From the NCBI RefSeq assembly GCF_009914755.1, contig NC_060942.1: a stretch of 64,000 nucleotides of DNA; one strand, given 5' to 3'. Source of the stretch: the human T2T-CHM13v2.0 reference genome, Homo sapiens. The notes below the pieces were generated by a model. That model searched no databases. It was not told the origin of the DNA and saw only the letters and a list, made by a program, of their open reading frames with translations. This document shows, piece by piece, positions 13,211 through 28,654 of the stretch; position 1 is the first letter of the stretch; every line of letters begins with the position of its first letter. The position numbers were made by a program, and so were the translations under genes.

Positions 13211-15521
13211 AGTATGGCTCTGCCACTTATTAGCCAGATAACTCCCTTTGTATACCACTCACATCTCCATGTCCCTGGTGTCCTTGCCTGGAAAATGGGA
13301 GTGATGATCATGCCTGCCTCATAGTCTTCTTGTAAGAATGAAAAGAGAAAAGAGTTAATATATGCAGCGCACTTAGATCATTGTAAACATTCAGTGAATG
13401 CCACTATCCTAACTCTTCTTGTCTTCTTAAATTATGAGATTTTTCAGGTCTTAATTTCCTGCTTCTGTGTTACAGGAAAATAAGCTTTACCATGAACTCT
13501 TTTCCTGTTTTTTTTTTTCTTTCTTCAACCAAATCCAAATGCTCAGTTTTAAAAAGTAAAGAGGAAAGCTGGAAGGGAACTAATATTTCTGAGGACTTAT
13601 TGTGCACCAGGTACCATAGTAGGTGCATTCATTATTTTTCTTAATTCTTCATTCTGAAAGCCAAGAATTAGCTCCCTTTTAGAAATGAAAATAACTGCAG
13701 GTCACATAGACAAATGACCAAGATTGCACCAAAAATAAAAGGGAAATCTAATATTTTTGAGTCCCAGACTCTGTTGCCAAGGCCCAGTTTCCTCTGTGTT
13801 TCCAGTGGCCCTCGTGGAACAGGAGATGAGGAGGGAATCGCCAGGGACTATCCGGCCACAGTCTTTAGAAGCAGGAGGAAGTGTGGGGAGAATAGAAGAG
13901 GTTTTTGGTTCATGTAAGCCCCTGTGTTTTCCCTTTGGATGTATGGCCATTGTGCCAAATTTTACAAGTACTGGAACTATGTTGATTCTCATTTGTGAAT
14001 AGCAGGACTATTCACAAATTAGTGATTTTACAACTCAGCAACCAGTTTTTTGTTTGTTTGTTTGTTTGTTTTCTTGTAGACAATGGATACTTTCTTTGGG
14101 AAAGTGGAAGTTGATTGACAGCAATTGGCCCTGGTTTTCATTGATTACGCAGTAGCATTTAGTGCTGCTGGCCAGTCCCTGGCACTGCCCGCTCTCCTTG
14201 CCTTCATGGGGCCACAACTTTCTGACTTCTCCCGTTTGCTTTTGCAGACACCTCCTCTTCCTCTAGATATTCTTCTCCAGAGAGGCAATCTTTAATAACT
14301 TGAGAGTCACTGATACATATAAAACAGACTTCCGAAACTTAAGATTAAAAAAATGGTTTGCCTCCCAGGTGACTTGAACAGAGAAGTATTACAAGACATA
14401 CTCTCTCCACTTGGCCAGAATCAGCAAAGAGCATCCCCTGACAGGACAGGGGCTGTTCCAGTCTCTATTGTCACATATCGGGTTTACATAGTCTTGGCTC
14501 CCCATCCCTGATGATCTCGTTCTGGGAAATATTGGAATATATCAGAACCTACTAGAGCAAACCATAATATGCCACCATACTCACATCCATTAGCCTCAGC
14601 TTTGGCCCTGCAGCAGGCTCCAGGCTGTGACACACATCTCAGGTCTCTTTTCTAACAAGTCAAGGGATTGAGGATCCAGATGTGCTTGGAGCCCATGTGA
14701 GGCATTTGACATATGTAATTTCACTTAAGTCTCTCAATAATTCTGAATTAGCCCACATTGTATAGGTTAGAAAACTGATACACTGACAGGTTAAGTAACT
14801 GGCCTAAGGTCACACAGCTAGTAAAGTGGTAGAGTTGGGATTAAAATCCAAAGTGCTCTTTCCTCTCCATCAATGGACGCTATCATCAAGGCCAGCTTTA
14901 TAGTAGCGAAAGAGACATGCTTTATTCTCATATTGACCTCAATAAAAAACCAAGGACCTCAAAATTCAATCTTCATTTATTTATTCCACAGTGACTTATT
15001 GAATGCCTATTATTTTCCAGGCATTTCTAGCAATGGTGAAATTAATACAGTGCAGGCACTCACATCCTTTATGCATCTCAAAGGCTATCTAGCTAATGCG
15101 CTGGATGTTGTGAGGCCCATTATCCATAGTGTACACACGCCCGCAGCCCCTCCTTCTGATGGTTTAACTTGGAGCAATCCTCAATGGTTGTGCATAGCCA
15201 GATACACGCACTGTGCACACAGGCACTGGGTTCTGGGTCACCTCCCTGGCATCCCAGGCCTCTGTCTGCTTCCTTCAGTGCTTCCTTCTTCAGCCGTCCC
15301 TCCCTGGATCCCAGCCACCTGAGCTCCATCCATCCCTGATTTCATTCCTTTTTTTTCCTCTTCCAGCTCTAGTCCACAGCCTTCCTCCCCAGGACATGTG
15401 ATTCAAGCCTGAAGCATACAATGGGAGCACAAAGGAGGAGGGGACAGAGAAAAGAAATGAGCATCAGCCTTGGGAATGTCTCCTCTGACTGTAGAGTCAG
15501 GAGACATTAAGATGAACATTC

Positions 15522-15829
<308 letters not shown>

Positions 15830-16474
15830 GATGAACATTCACTGGAACATATACATTCTGGTAGATTCCGATGAGAATTAAGCCCATTCATTCATCTGGT
15901 AAATATCTAGTGAACATCTACCATGCATCAGGCAGAGAACTAGGTGCTGGGATTGTAGTGGGGAAGGCAACAGTTGTGACACCTGCCCTTATGGGCTCAC
16001 AGTCTAGTGGGCTGGGGTGGGGACTAAGCCAGCCACAAATTGTAACATGAGCAGTGATGGAAACAAGGGCAGCTGAGACCCAATAGCCCAGGGAAGGAGT
16101 GGGCAAGGTCAACCCGGGGTCTCTGAAGGAAGATAAGGAGCTGGATGTTGGTGGAGCAGTTGGAAGCGGGAAGAGCTTCTAGAGAAGAAAATAGCACGTG
16201 TGAGGTCCCTGAGGCAGAAGGGAGAGTGACAGCAGGTAATGAGCCAGGTGTGGCCACAAGTGAGGCATCTGGACAGTATTGAATCCTGTAGACAATGGTC
16301 AAGGGCACTCTTAGGGGACTCAAAAACCATCCAAAAATTGTGAGTTGAAAGGTGTGATTTAATTTAGCTAGAAAACACCACTCAGCTGCAATGTGGAGAA
16401 TGGGTTGGAGTGGGTTGGGGGAAACGGGGTTTGTTAATTATCTATACAGTAACAATATTAGCACAAACTTCTTA

Positions 16475-16855
<381 letters not shown>

Positions 16856-18939
16856 TTACAGCTTCTCGGAACCAGGCATCCAGCCTAGGCTTAGCCAGGA
16901 GCCTTGGCCTCAAGATCTCTCACAGGCTGCAATCAAGGTGCTGGCTGGGTCTATGGTCCCATCTGAGGCTTGTGAGGGAGAGAATTTGCTTCAAAGTTCA
17001 TGTCATTGTTGGCAGAATTCAATTTCTTCTGCTTGTAGGACTGGGGGCCTCACTTTCTCGCTGGCTGTCACTGGAGGCCCTTGCAGGCTGTTGGCTGGAG
17101 CCTAGAGGCTTCCTGCAGCTCTCTGCCACTTGGAGTTTCCCAACACAGTCACACTGCAGGGGTGGTGGCATTATGGCTGAATCTTGAAAGATGAATAGGA
17201 GTTTCCCAGGGTGGAAGAACATTCAGACAAAGGGGAGACGTGACTGAAGGCATGGAACTGTGAAGGCAGGTGATGTTTTCAGGGAGCAGCAGATGTAGCC
17301 AGTCCCTTACCCAGAGCCATGTTCCCCTTTATTCCATGCTTCTAAGCCTGGGCTTGGCTCTGTTCTTTGCACCAATGACCATGTGCTCAGGCTGGAGTTT
17401 ATCAGCCTTGGAAATGGAAGCTTGATTAATTCAAGCCAGCAAGCTCATGCAGTGCCTAGTGGTATAAGTAAGGCCTTCAGTGCCATTCTGGCCCATGAGG
17501 TGGGAGGGGGGTGCTCTTGGGAAAGGTTTTCCTCCCCAGTGAAAAGAGACATTCACGTAGAAGTTTCTATCTGTGGACATAGCTGTGTGAATCTGTGATA
17601 CCTGGGAACCCACAAGCCATTTTGGGCCTATGTTGGAACCCACCTTGGCTCAAGCCAACTTACTGGGGTAAATCCTCAGTGACATCACTGGGCTTCTAGA
17701 GGAGCCAGCCCTGCAGACACCCACCTCTTTCTCCTGTCATATGATATAATCATCTTCCCCACTGGCTGAGCCCCTTGCAGCCAACCCTTGAAAACAGACT
17801 GTACAGTGTACAGTGACATGGCATGAAGTGATTCAAACTCATGAGCTGAAGCCAGCATGAAGATCTTTGTAGCCAGTGACACGGAGCTAGGCTGTTTCCT
17901 GAGAGGTCTGGAGAGTTCTCAATGATTTTCAGGGCAACAATGATCCCATATCTTGGCTAAACCTGGTGGCAGGATGCATCATAGTTTAGAAAATGGAGAT
18001 CGTTGTGACAGGGAGGCCAGGGATGGCTGCACATCTAGAGATTCTGAGAACTCAAACTATTGCAGGTGTGATGGACACCAAAAGGAAGGGCCAAGGGACA
18101 TGTAAGAGGCAGGAGTTAGAGGAGTTGGTGAGTGAAATGTCAGGAAGGAGGCAGAAGCCCAGGGTTCCCCAGTGCGAGAGATGGGGGACCAATGGCATTT
18201 GCCAGTCCAGAATACTCACATTCTTGGAAAACATCATCCATGTTCACACCTTGATTCCTTCACTGCTACTGTTCCCTTCGCAGGTAGGATCCTTCCACAG
18301 AAAATTCCCATTCACATAATCCCACATTATAGCATTGCTGCCGTGGGGAAGTCAGATTCCATTTACACTATTCAGACTTGCAGTCCCTCAGTCAGGAACA
18401 CCAGCTCCAGGAGTGAGACGCACCTCTACGAACTGTATTTACGTTAACCCTCAGAACACCATCCCACATGACAAGCCACAGGGTGAGTAGAAGGCTGAAT
18501 TACTTCAAATGTATTGGTTAATAACTTAGTCAAAAAATACAAAGCTGCAGTGTCTGTCACATTGGATCTATTTCTTGAAGACAAAGGCTAAGCTTCATTG
18601 CCGGCTCAGAAATGCACTGGAAACAATTCTTGTTGTTTCACTTCCTGGGGCTTATATTTCTTGCTGTTTGTAAAATATGGTATTAGATAACAAAGAAGAG
18701 TCTGGGTAGAAAAGGGTAGAGTCTACATTCCTCATGTTGAAAACCTGCTTAGGGTGATTTTCCCCTTACTGAACTCCTAAAATTACCAAAAAAAAATGTA
18801 TTCAATTATTATATTTTGAATTTCATCAAGAAAAAATGTGTGGAAATTTGTTTTCTCTCTGTGCAATATTCTCAATTTTGCCTCTTAGCCCACAAAGCCT
18901 AAAATATTTACTATCTGGCCCTTCAGCAGACAAGGTGGC

Positions 18940-19303
18940 TGTCTTAGTCCATTTTGGCTGCTATAGCAAACTGCCATAAGCTGGGTGGCTTATAAACAAC
19001 AGAACTTTATTCCTTACAGTTGTGGAAGCTGGGGAGTCCAAGATCAAGGCATGGGCAGGTTCAGTGTCTGGTGAGGGCCCAGTTCCTGGTCACAGAATGC
19101 ATCTTCCTGCTGTGGCCTCACATGGTGGAAGGGGTGAGGGAGCTCTCTGGGGCCTCTTTTATGAGGGCACTAATCTCATTTACTAGGGCTCTGCCCTCAT
19201 GGCCTAATCAACTCCCAATGTTCCCATCTCCCAATACTGTTGCTTTGGTGATTAGGTTTTAATGTATGTATTTTGAGGGGACACAAACTTTCAGTCCACA
19301 CTG
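18940..19303 (-). mobile_element. MLT1A/MST-like MaLR solo LTR
   Basis: Begins tgtcttagtccattttggctgctatagcaaac...; reverse complement resembles the copy at 56859-57201; inserted in the end of a MER58-like element (~18880-18935). Confidence 0.75.
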
Positions 19304-19350
19304 GTGACTGACTCCTGAGCTACAGCCATACCATTCAAAGTGTGGTCTGG

Positions 19351-20178
19351 CACTTCTCAAAAAAAGACATTTCTGTGGCCAACAAACACATGAAAAAAAG
19401 TTCATGATCACTTAGAGAAATGAAAATCAAAACCACAATGAGATACCATCTCATGCCAGTTAGAATGGCGATCATTAAAAAGTCACGAAACAACAGATGC
19501 TGGAGAGGATGTGGAGAAATAGGAACACTTTTACACTGTTGGTGGGACTGTAAACTAGTTCAACCATTGTGGAAGGCAGTGTGGTGATTCCTCAAAGATC
19601 TAGAACCAGAAATACCATTTGACCCAGCAATCCCATTACTGGGTATATACCCAAAGGATTATAAATCATTCTACCATAAAGACACATGCACACGTATGTT
19701 TATTGCAGCATGGTTCACAATAGCAAAGACTTGGAACCAACCCAAATGTCCAGCAATGATAGACTGGATAAAGAAAATGTGGCACATATACACCATGGAA
19801 TACTATGCAGACATAAAAAAGGATGAGTTCATGTCCTTTGCAGGAACAGGGATGAAGTTGGAAACCATCATTCTCAGCAAACTAACACAGGAACAGAAAA
19901 ACAAACACCACATGTTCTCACTCATAAGTGGGAGTTGAACAATGAGAACACATGGACACAGGGAGGGGAACATCACACCCCAGGGCCTGTCGGGGGTGGA
20001 GGGCAAGGGGAGGGATAGCATTAGGAGAAATACTTAATGTAGATGACGGGCTGATGGGTGCAGCAAACCACCATGGCACAGGTATTCCTATACCTATGTA
20101 ACAAACCTGCACGTTCTGTACATGTATCCCAGAACTTAAGGTATAATTAAAACAAAAACAAAAACAAAAACTAAAAAG
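19351..20178 (+). mobile_element. 5'-truncated primate L1PA (ORF2 C-terminus + 3'UTR + A tail), inserted in a MER5A-like element
   Basis: ORF 19696-19938 MFIAAWFTIAKTWNQPKCP...HMFSLISGS is the L1 ORF2 C-terminus; TSD CAAAGTGTGGTCTGG at 19336-19350 and 20179-20193. Confidence 0.93.
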
Positions 20179-22369
20179 CAAAGTGTGGTCTGGGCACCAG
20201 CCGCATCCATATCCCCTGGGAGCTATTTAGAAATGTAAAACCTTAGGTCACACCCAGACCTCCTGGGTCACAACTGCATTTTGGCAAGCTTCCTGGATGA
20301 TTCGTGTGCACCTACAGTTTAAGAAACACTTCACAGGAGTCCATGTGGAACCTCACAGGTGCTGTTGATAGTTTCATTAGGCACCAGGCTGGGACTGGCT
20401 CTGGGCACCACCATTCACTGTGTCCCAAGGTGGAAGCCCAGGCCTCTTGCACAGGGGTGCACTAAGGTATGCTGCTCCCCATCAAAAGATTGGCCCAAGC
20501 CCAGATCCTAAAGCCAATCTCTCTGGGGCATCTGTTTTCCCATCTGTATGACGGAGGGGTTGGAAAGGCTGATGTCAGAAGACCAGTATGGCTTTATCAT
20601 GTGTTTGGTTTTTGTTTGAGGGGGATTGATAGGATGATTTCTGTCCATGTTCATGTTCATGTTCCAGAAACATGGTAGGTTGAGATGAAAAGGGCATGAC
20701 AAGAACCACAGCAGCTTCCAGATGAGGCTAGTGTATGGAGATGTGAGATTCGGGATGTTTCATTTTACATAGATCATATTCTGTAAGGTTATTCTTCTAG
20801 TTCTATGTTTCTTTGCATCATAGGAAAAAGGAATCGGATCCAGGGAAAACGCTGTACCACTGGGGCCCGGGTGCCTTAAGTGGTTTTCTGATCAACTCCA
20901 TAGAATCAGAATGTCAGGACTACAAGTCATCCGTGTCCCTGCAAAGGACATCTCATCTTCATTGATCATCCATGGTGCTGAGCATTTAAGAGGCACCAGG
21001 GATGTAACTTTGAATCAGAAGAGACCTGGTTCCTGCCCTTGTGGAGCTTACATTCCCGTGGGTGAGACAGATAAAGAGCAGTAGTTATAAGCAAAAGGGG
21101 GAAAGGAAGATGCGGGGGTAGGGAGTGGTTTGCAAGAGGAGTCAGGTCACACAGGGTTGGTGTGGGATGGGGCATTAACAGGAAGAGAACACTATGAGAT
21201 TTGTGTTTCGAAGAAACCATTGGCTGATGTGCGAGATTGGAGAGGAGTAAGAGAAGGCATGAGGAGACCAATTAGGAGACTACTACAGCTTCCCCAGAGG
21301 GAGATGACGAAGGGAGGGCAACTGCTTCCATTGCAGGGAGCGAGACCCAGCCCCAAAGAAAGCAACCAAGGATGAAACTGAGAACTGGGGTAGAAGGTAC
21401 TGACACCAAAGTCCCAACCAAAATAGTTAAAACCGGTCATCCCTGGCAATAGTACTGCAGCCAATGGAGACACTGTTACTGAAGGACTGTGTGGCCTTGG
21501 GCAGGTTACTCCACCTCGCTGGGCCTTCTGTTCTTTCCTTGAAAATCAGAGGTTCAACCAGATAATTACTGTATGTGGTGACCAGATAGTTTCTTGTCCT
21601 AACTGGGACACTTTTGAGGGCGAAAGATGGAACAATTAATAATTACCCCAGGACAACAGACATAAACCTAGCCAATCCTGGGAAAACTGGGATGAAAATC
21701 CCTGACAATCAGAGCTCAGAACCCAAATGAGCTCCCTCCAAGTTCAACACTCTGTTTCTCAACAATTCTTTTATAGATTGGGAGCTGAAGTCAACTCATT
21801 TGTAACCAGAATTAAATAGATTCAAAGTTCCTGCTGAACTGAACTCCTGGCTAAGAACCCTGCAAGCATCCTTTCTACTCCCCAGTGCATTGAAAACCCT
21901 ATTTGTGGTGAAAAGAGGCCCTGTTTTAGCCTCGAGAAGGGTGGAATTGCTGGTGAATGCAAGGACTGGCAAGGGGGTCAGCCTATCTCTGATATGGATG
22001 ATGCTGTGCATGCACCTGTGGGGTCATGGGTGGAGGGAAGGCAGATGGAATCAGAATGCCCCCAGAGCGGGACTGTTGACTATGTCCTGGTTAGACCCAA
22101 GTCTCTCAAAAAGTCATCTTCTTCTTTTATGAAGACATGTAGCATAGCCAGTTCATTCTAGTTGGAAAGGCAACTAGGATTTGGAAATAGGAAATTCAGA
22201 TTCAAGTCTCAGGTCTGCATGCTACCTCCCTGCTGGTGACCTGGACAAATCACTTTCCTTACTTAATCTCCCATTTTCTCAGTAAATATAGATAATGCCA
22301 CCCTCTTGAGACGTTGTAATTAGGATAAAATCAAATCAGTAATATGAAAGTGTTCAGATAATAGAGAAA

Positions 22370-23060
22370 GTTTTTAAATAAACTCTTTACTTTGAAATAA
22401 TTTCAGACTTACAAACAAGTTGAAGAAAGAGTTCCCATGTGCCCTTACTCAGCATCCCAAACGGTAACATGTGACATAATCATAGTTCAAGAATCAAAAC
22501 TGGTGAATTAACATTGACCAATACTGTTAAACTAAGCTACAGACCTTAAATGTTACCAAATGTGTCAGCAAATGTTCGTTTTCTGGTCCAGGATCCAATC
22601 CAAGACCCCACAGTTTCTTTGATTCTGATACCAATTGAGACTCTTCTCATCTCTGACAGGTCCTCAGTCTTCCTTTGTCTTTCATGACCTTGACACTTTT
22701 GAAGAGTACAGGTTAGTTATTTTGCAGACAGTCTCAATTCAGGATTGCCTGATGTTTCTTCATGATTAGATTCAGATTGTGCTTTTTTTTTTGCCAGGAG
22801 ACCACAGCAGTGACATTGTGTCCTTCTCAGTGCAGTGTATCAAGAGGAACATGATGGTCATTCCTGGCAATGTCCACTTTTATCACATGATTAAGGTAGT
22901 ATCTGTCAGTTTTCTCAACTATAAAATATGTAAACTATGATTTTTTTCCTTTATAATTAATATGTGTCTTATGAGGAAATGCTTTGAGATTATGCAGAGA
23001 CACTGTTCCCCATCATACATTTTTGCAGTAATTTTGGCAGCCATTGATGATTCCTGCCAG
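22370..23060 (-). mobile_element. Old L1M 3' fragment (approximate)
   Basis: ttttgaaataatttcagacttacaaacaagttg and gtccaggatccaatccaagaccccaca motifs typical of L1MC/ME 3' ends. Confidence 0.55.
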
Positions 23061-25823
23061 TAATAATCATAGTGGTGGTTGTTATGCAAATGGTGAAGCC
23101 GTTTTAATTATTGCTTTTCTTACTTTTAAGGTCTGGGGCAGGGATGGCAAGTTCCAACCACTTGGTGGTGGCCTTCTGGAACTCTATGTGAGAACGATTG
23201 TGAGGTCAAGTTCTCTTAACAGGGGAAGGATTGTGAGGTCAAGTTTTCACAACCTGGTGAGGGGAGGTGGGAAGGGAGCAGACAGGTGCCATATTGGCAA
23301 TTCTAGGATGGTCCCTTCCCCTTTGGAGAGATAGATCTTGCCTGTTGGGCCTTCAGGCCAACACACACTAGCCTCGCTAGAAGGAATACTGCCTGTGTAC
23401 CTCCTTCTTTCCTCCTTTGGGCCTACTTTGTTCTTCTGAATGGCTGAAACTCCAAGGCACCATGGTCTGCACAGATGGTAACTATGGTGCCAGGTGTTCC
23501 ACAAGGAAGGGCAGCTTGTGCTAGGCTCTGGATTAGCAGGGCTGGGGCTACATTCACTTCCTCCCCAAGAGGCCCTATCTTTCTATACCAGTATGTAGTT
23601 TCTCTGATGAGATCAGCATGGAAGCCAGTTGCTTGGTGTGGTCCAGGAAGGCTTCTGAGAGGAGGCTGCTGCTGGACCTTGAAGGTTGGGGAGAAGATCA
23701 CTGATGGGATTTGGGAGCATGCAGAACAGCGTTATTGCTTCACCCTGGCATGCCCTTTCCTTCATGGACTGGATTCTCCTTTTATCTGGATTCCCCCATT
23801 ATATTTCCTATTGCAGCCATAATAAGTTTCTCCAACTTAATGCCTTAGAACAACACAAATTTATTATTTTACAGTTCTGGAGGTGGGAAGTCCAAAATCA
23901 TCGTCACTGGGTTAGGTCTCAATGTCGGCAGGGCTGGCTGAGGCTCTCGGGAGGATTATCTTTCCTTGCCTTTTTCCAGCTTCTAGAAGCCACCTTCAAC
24001 ACCTACCATCAGATCTAAATTCCAGACAGCAAGAAGATGTGAAAACGCTCTTTCCTTCCTTTAAAGGCAAAACTCAAGACACACATCAAAACATCAAAAC
24101 TCAAGGCACACATCCAAACTCATGGCACACATTAAGTCTGCTCACATCTTGATAGTCACATGGCTACACTCAGCTGCAAGAAACCCTGGGAAGTATAGTC
24201 TTTGGCTTGGCCACTTGTCTAGCTCAAAAATTACTACAGAGGAATAAGGGGAGACAGATAGTGGTCTCCTCTTCTTCAAGAGAGGTAAGAGGGCACAATG
24301 CTGCCTTTTGTCTGATGTGATGGTTAAGAAGGAACAGACCAATGTGAGGTGTGAGTTATGTGCTGTGACTTGGACTCATTCAACAGCAAGACCCAAGGTT
24401 TACTCTGATGGGACAGATGGGCAGAATCAGTGACCACATCCCCTGTCATGAACCTGCTGCAGCCAGTGTGATACCTGTCCAGCACAGAGATTGGCCCAGG
24501 GGAAAGAGCGTGGGCTTTAGAGCCAGATTAAATTGGGCTTGTATTTGGGTTCTCCACTTGATAGATGTGTGAACCTCTTTGGGTCTCAGTTTCTGAATAA
24601 ATAAAGTGGAAATGACAAAACTGACCTTGGGCTTTTGGGCATATTCAATGAAACAATGTAAACAATCTAGCCTGGAACCTGGCACACAGTAGGTGCTCAA
24701 ACAATGTAGCTAGCTGTAGTGTCCACCCACACATCTACACAATTGGCAGCACTATCTCAAATCTTATAGACAAACACATGCGATTCCTCCTCATATTGCA
24801 AGGTCCCTTCAGAGCAGAAGGCCTTTGAGAAATGGTAGAATGATTTGTTGCTATCTGTTACCCTGCTATAATTTTCGTGTTTGGAAATTCATTAAGAATT
24901 CATTTCGATGAATCCCAAATGCATGCACCATGAAAAACAATTAGCATTAATAGTGTAAAAGAAGGAGATCAATAAATAGATTCATTTTTAAACTGTAATA
25001 ATTTATTTGCTTCCTAACTTTTGGGAAATACTGCATCTTCTGGTGACACGTCAACCATTAAATAGCCGAACAGCGATGATTTGTGGAAGGACGTTGATAA
25101 CCAGTAGGCAGACCCTGCTCTCGAGTGCACAACCCCAGCAACCAGTCAGCAACAGTGGACAGAAAGGGAAGCAGCCCTTTTCAGGAGACAATGCAACTCA
25201 ACAAAGTGCTTATCAGGCCTTCCTCATCCTTAAGCACTGTCCGAATGCAACACAGCAGATGGGAAAAGTAACGAGACCACTGAACCAAAGATGGGGAGAA
25301 GAAAGGTGGCATTCCTCAGACAGTGAACAGGGAGAGGAGAAAGAGGTTTCAAGATGAGCTGCAAGGCTCTGAGATTCACTTCACATGGCTCCCTGCCTAT
25401 GCTGATGCAGGAAGGCCCGGGAAAGAATGTCTGGATGAAGAAGCAGCAGGTGATTCCCGACTGAGGAGGGAGGAAAAAGCCAAATGAAATGAGGGAGCTG
25501 TAGTCAAGGAGGGGAGGAAGCCGAGGACGGCAAGGCCTCTCAATCATCGCTTACCAGGGACAGAGGGATGGCTGCCATTATCCCTTCTCACCACGACAAA
25601 TGAAAGACGATGATACCTAAGAAACTGCCGCAGCCACACAGAGCGGCAGGAGGCGAGGGTTTGCCTGGTGAAAGCCAAACGGCAGCCCTGCTCTTTTGCA
25701 GCCTCCTATGGGACATCATGGCGAGCAGTGACGGATGGAGAAAATGCAGCATCCCTGCCGGGCAGGACAGCAGCCTCAGGCCAGGGCTCTGGAGGATGGA
25801 CAGGCAGACCCCACGGCCCAGGA

Positions 25824-25881
25824 TCCAGGAAGGCCCTCTGCCAGGCTGTGGCTCCAGGAAGGCCCTCTGCCAGGCTGTGGC
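25824..25881. repeat. Perfect 29-bp tandem duplication
   Basis: TCCAGGAAGGCCCTCTGCCAGGCTGTGGC x2 (25824-25852, 25853-25881). Confidence 0.95.
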
Positions 25882-26404
25882 TGAGAGTGGCCTGGCCTGG
25901 GGCATGGCTGCAGATGCCGCCCCACCCGCCAGCCGCAGGGCTGGGGGCCGGCACAGATTACATTTTAAGGTGATAGTCATCTTTGACCTTTGGGACCTCC
26001 AGGGCCACTGGTCATCCATCTTAGAGCTGCTGACCAGCAACCTCTGGGCTATTTTTATGGCCGGCAAACATTGCCCATTGATTGAATTGATTGAAATCTG
26101 CATCTGGTTCTTGGGGAAAGGACACTGGCCTCACAGCCGCAATATGCAGCTTCGTTTTCTGTTGTTGTCTTTGACTCTTTCCTTTCCATTTGTCTTCCCA
26201 CCCCCAGCATGAAATGAGTTTGGAGACAGGGCGCACACACCAAGACACACACGGCCTGAATACACACACACACTAAACACACACGTCCCGCATTCTTTTC
26301 CAGCAGATTTCTTACTGTGGCGCTCATTTTTCTGTCAGAATTTCAAGGGTTCCTCAAAGGAATTCCGCTGAGAAAAGCAGAGGTATGTTCAATCCAAGGG
26401 GAGT

Positions 26405-26405
<1 letters not shown>

Positions 26406-26448
<43 letters not shown>
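26406..26448. repeat. (CA)n microsatellite, ~21 units
   Basis: Uninterrupted CA run. Confidence 0.95.
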
Positions 26449-26450
<2 letters not shown>

Positions 26451-26706
26451 GTTTAAAAATACACAAGAGCCTGAACTATAAAACCAAACCACAACCATAT
26501 ATGGAATTTTAAAATCTGGTGATTTTGCAATTTGTCAACTTCTAAGCTGAATAGCAGTTTCTATAATTCCCTTTCCGGCTTCGTGCAGGTGAAATTTGTG
26601 CAAGATGGGTGAAGCGGATGGGAAACTCAGCCATTCGGATCCTGGATGGTCCCTGCAAGCACTCCTGTAGCTCATGCCTGGCTAAAGCACTTCAAGAAGC
26701 CCCTGA

Positions 26707-27146
<440 letters not shown>

Positions 27147-28535
27147 AGTATGGGTATATTATTAATATATGTTCCCCACCTCCTCTCAGTTCCCCAAGCA
27201 CACCCCTACCTTCCCCAGTCTCCCATCTCCCAGAAGACTCCTTCCTTCAGCTGCTCCAAACTGTGGCCAGGTGTGAGCCAGCATAGTTCCAGGGCAGAAG
27301 CGTGCCTCCTCCTGCAGGCAGGCCTCCTGGGTAGCCAGGTTGGAGCCTGGAGACAGAGAGGCCAAGGCAGGTTCCACCTTGTCCACTGGGGGTTCCCATT
27401 GTCCCTGCTCTCCCCTGTCACTCCTGTCTTTCAGTTGCAACGCTGGCCCTGGGACTTCAGGCACATGACCCCACTCAGAAGAAACAAGACTGTGTGCCCA
27501 GCTCCCACAGCAGTCAAATCCCTGCAGTGGGCTGCTCATTCTACATCACTCCTAGTGGTTCTGCTTCCTTAAACCCCAGCCAAACAATGTGTCATAAAGG
27601 TGAGACGTGGAAACAGGGAAGTTATTGCCATGATTGCATTTTACATTTCAGACGTGGCCTCGCTGACCTCACTGGCATCTGGGCTGGGGTACAAAGGTCC
27701 CAGCTTGGCCAGGCTGATGTCTGCAAACCCCAGCCCTGACTGGCAGATGGGCCATGCCTCTGACCATCTCTCCTGCCCACTGGACCACTTTAACGTACTC
27801 TTTCCATCTCAAGCACAGGAACAATTCCCTTCTGGAATGTTCCTCCTTCTGAGGCTTTGAGAAGGCTCACTCTGGGGAGCGGATGGGGTGAGTCCTGGGA
27901 GTGAGTGGCACCTCTTTCCTCACTTAGAGCCTAGGTGGGGTGAGGAGGGTGAGAAAAGGAAGGGGCCAGAAGAGGGTGAGGAGAGGAGCTCCAGGCCTTG
28001 GGGAGAAGCCCAGCAAGTGTGCAACGCCCTGCAAAGCATTTCCTCTCTCTCCCTCCCTCCTCTCTATCCCCTGACTTTATGGCTGCTACACTGGGAGAAG
28101 CTGGGTTGGCCTCCTCTGCATCTGCATTCCCGTGGGAACCAGCTGCACTACTTCCAGAAACGCCCTGCCCCAGTGGGTCCTTGGTGCTGGGCCCACCTTC
28201 CAGTAGGTTTCAAGAACTGTGTGCCCATAAATAAATCCTCCAAAGAGATGCCAATCAGCAGGTACCACCAAATTGTCCCTGGAAGTGACTTTTCTGTAGG
28301 AATCCATTATTTCTGAATTGAATGGAGGGAATCTCTGATCTCCTTCCCCTGCCTTCTGTCCCAGCTCATCCCTCCAAGGAAAGGGAGGGCCCCTCCTGGC
28401 CCCAGCCTGCCAGGGAAGGGGGTGTTGTGAACTTAGCTGGGTGTGGCCTGGAAAGCCCTTTAATGGATCCAGTTTTGTGGGGTGGGTGGGAGGCTCCAAG
28501 CACCCCCAGAGCAGGGGCCAGGGTGGTGGCAGCAG

Positions 28536-28654
28536 GGCGAGCCACTGTGGCTGTCACACAAGATAACTGGAGACCTACCCAGATTGGACAGAAGCCAGGC
28601 GAGCCATTGTGGCTGTCACACAAGATAACTGGAGACCCGCCCCAGTCTGGCCAG
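28536..28654. repeat. Imperfect 62-bp tandem duplication
   Basis: GGCGAGCCA(C/T)TGTGGCTGTCACACAAGATAACTGGAGACC...CCCAG starts at 28536 and 28598. Confidence 0.9.

Noticed and set aside
25610-26212. 200-aa plus-strand ORF (and overlapping 171-aa minus ORF)
   Set aside because: No recognisable domain; contains a 29-bp duplication that is not a multiple of 3; ORFs in several frames simply reflect high GC.
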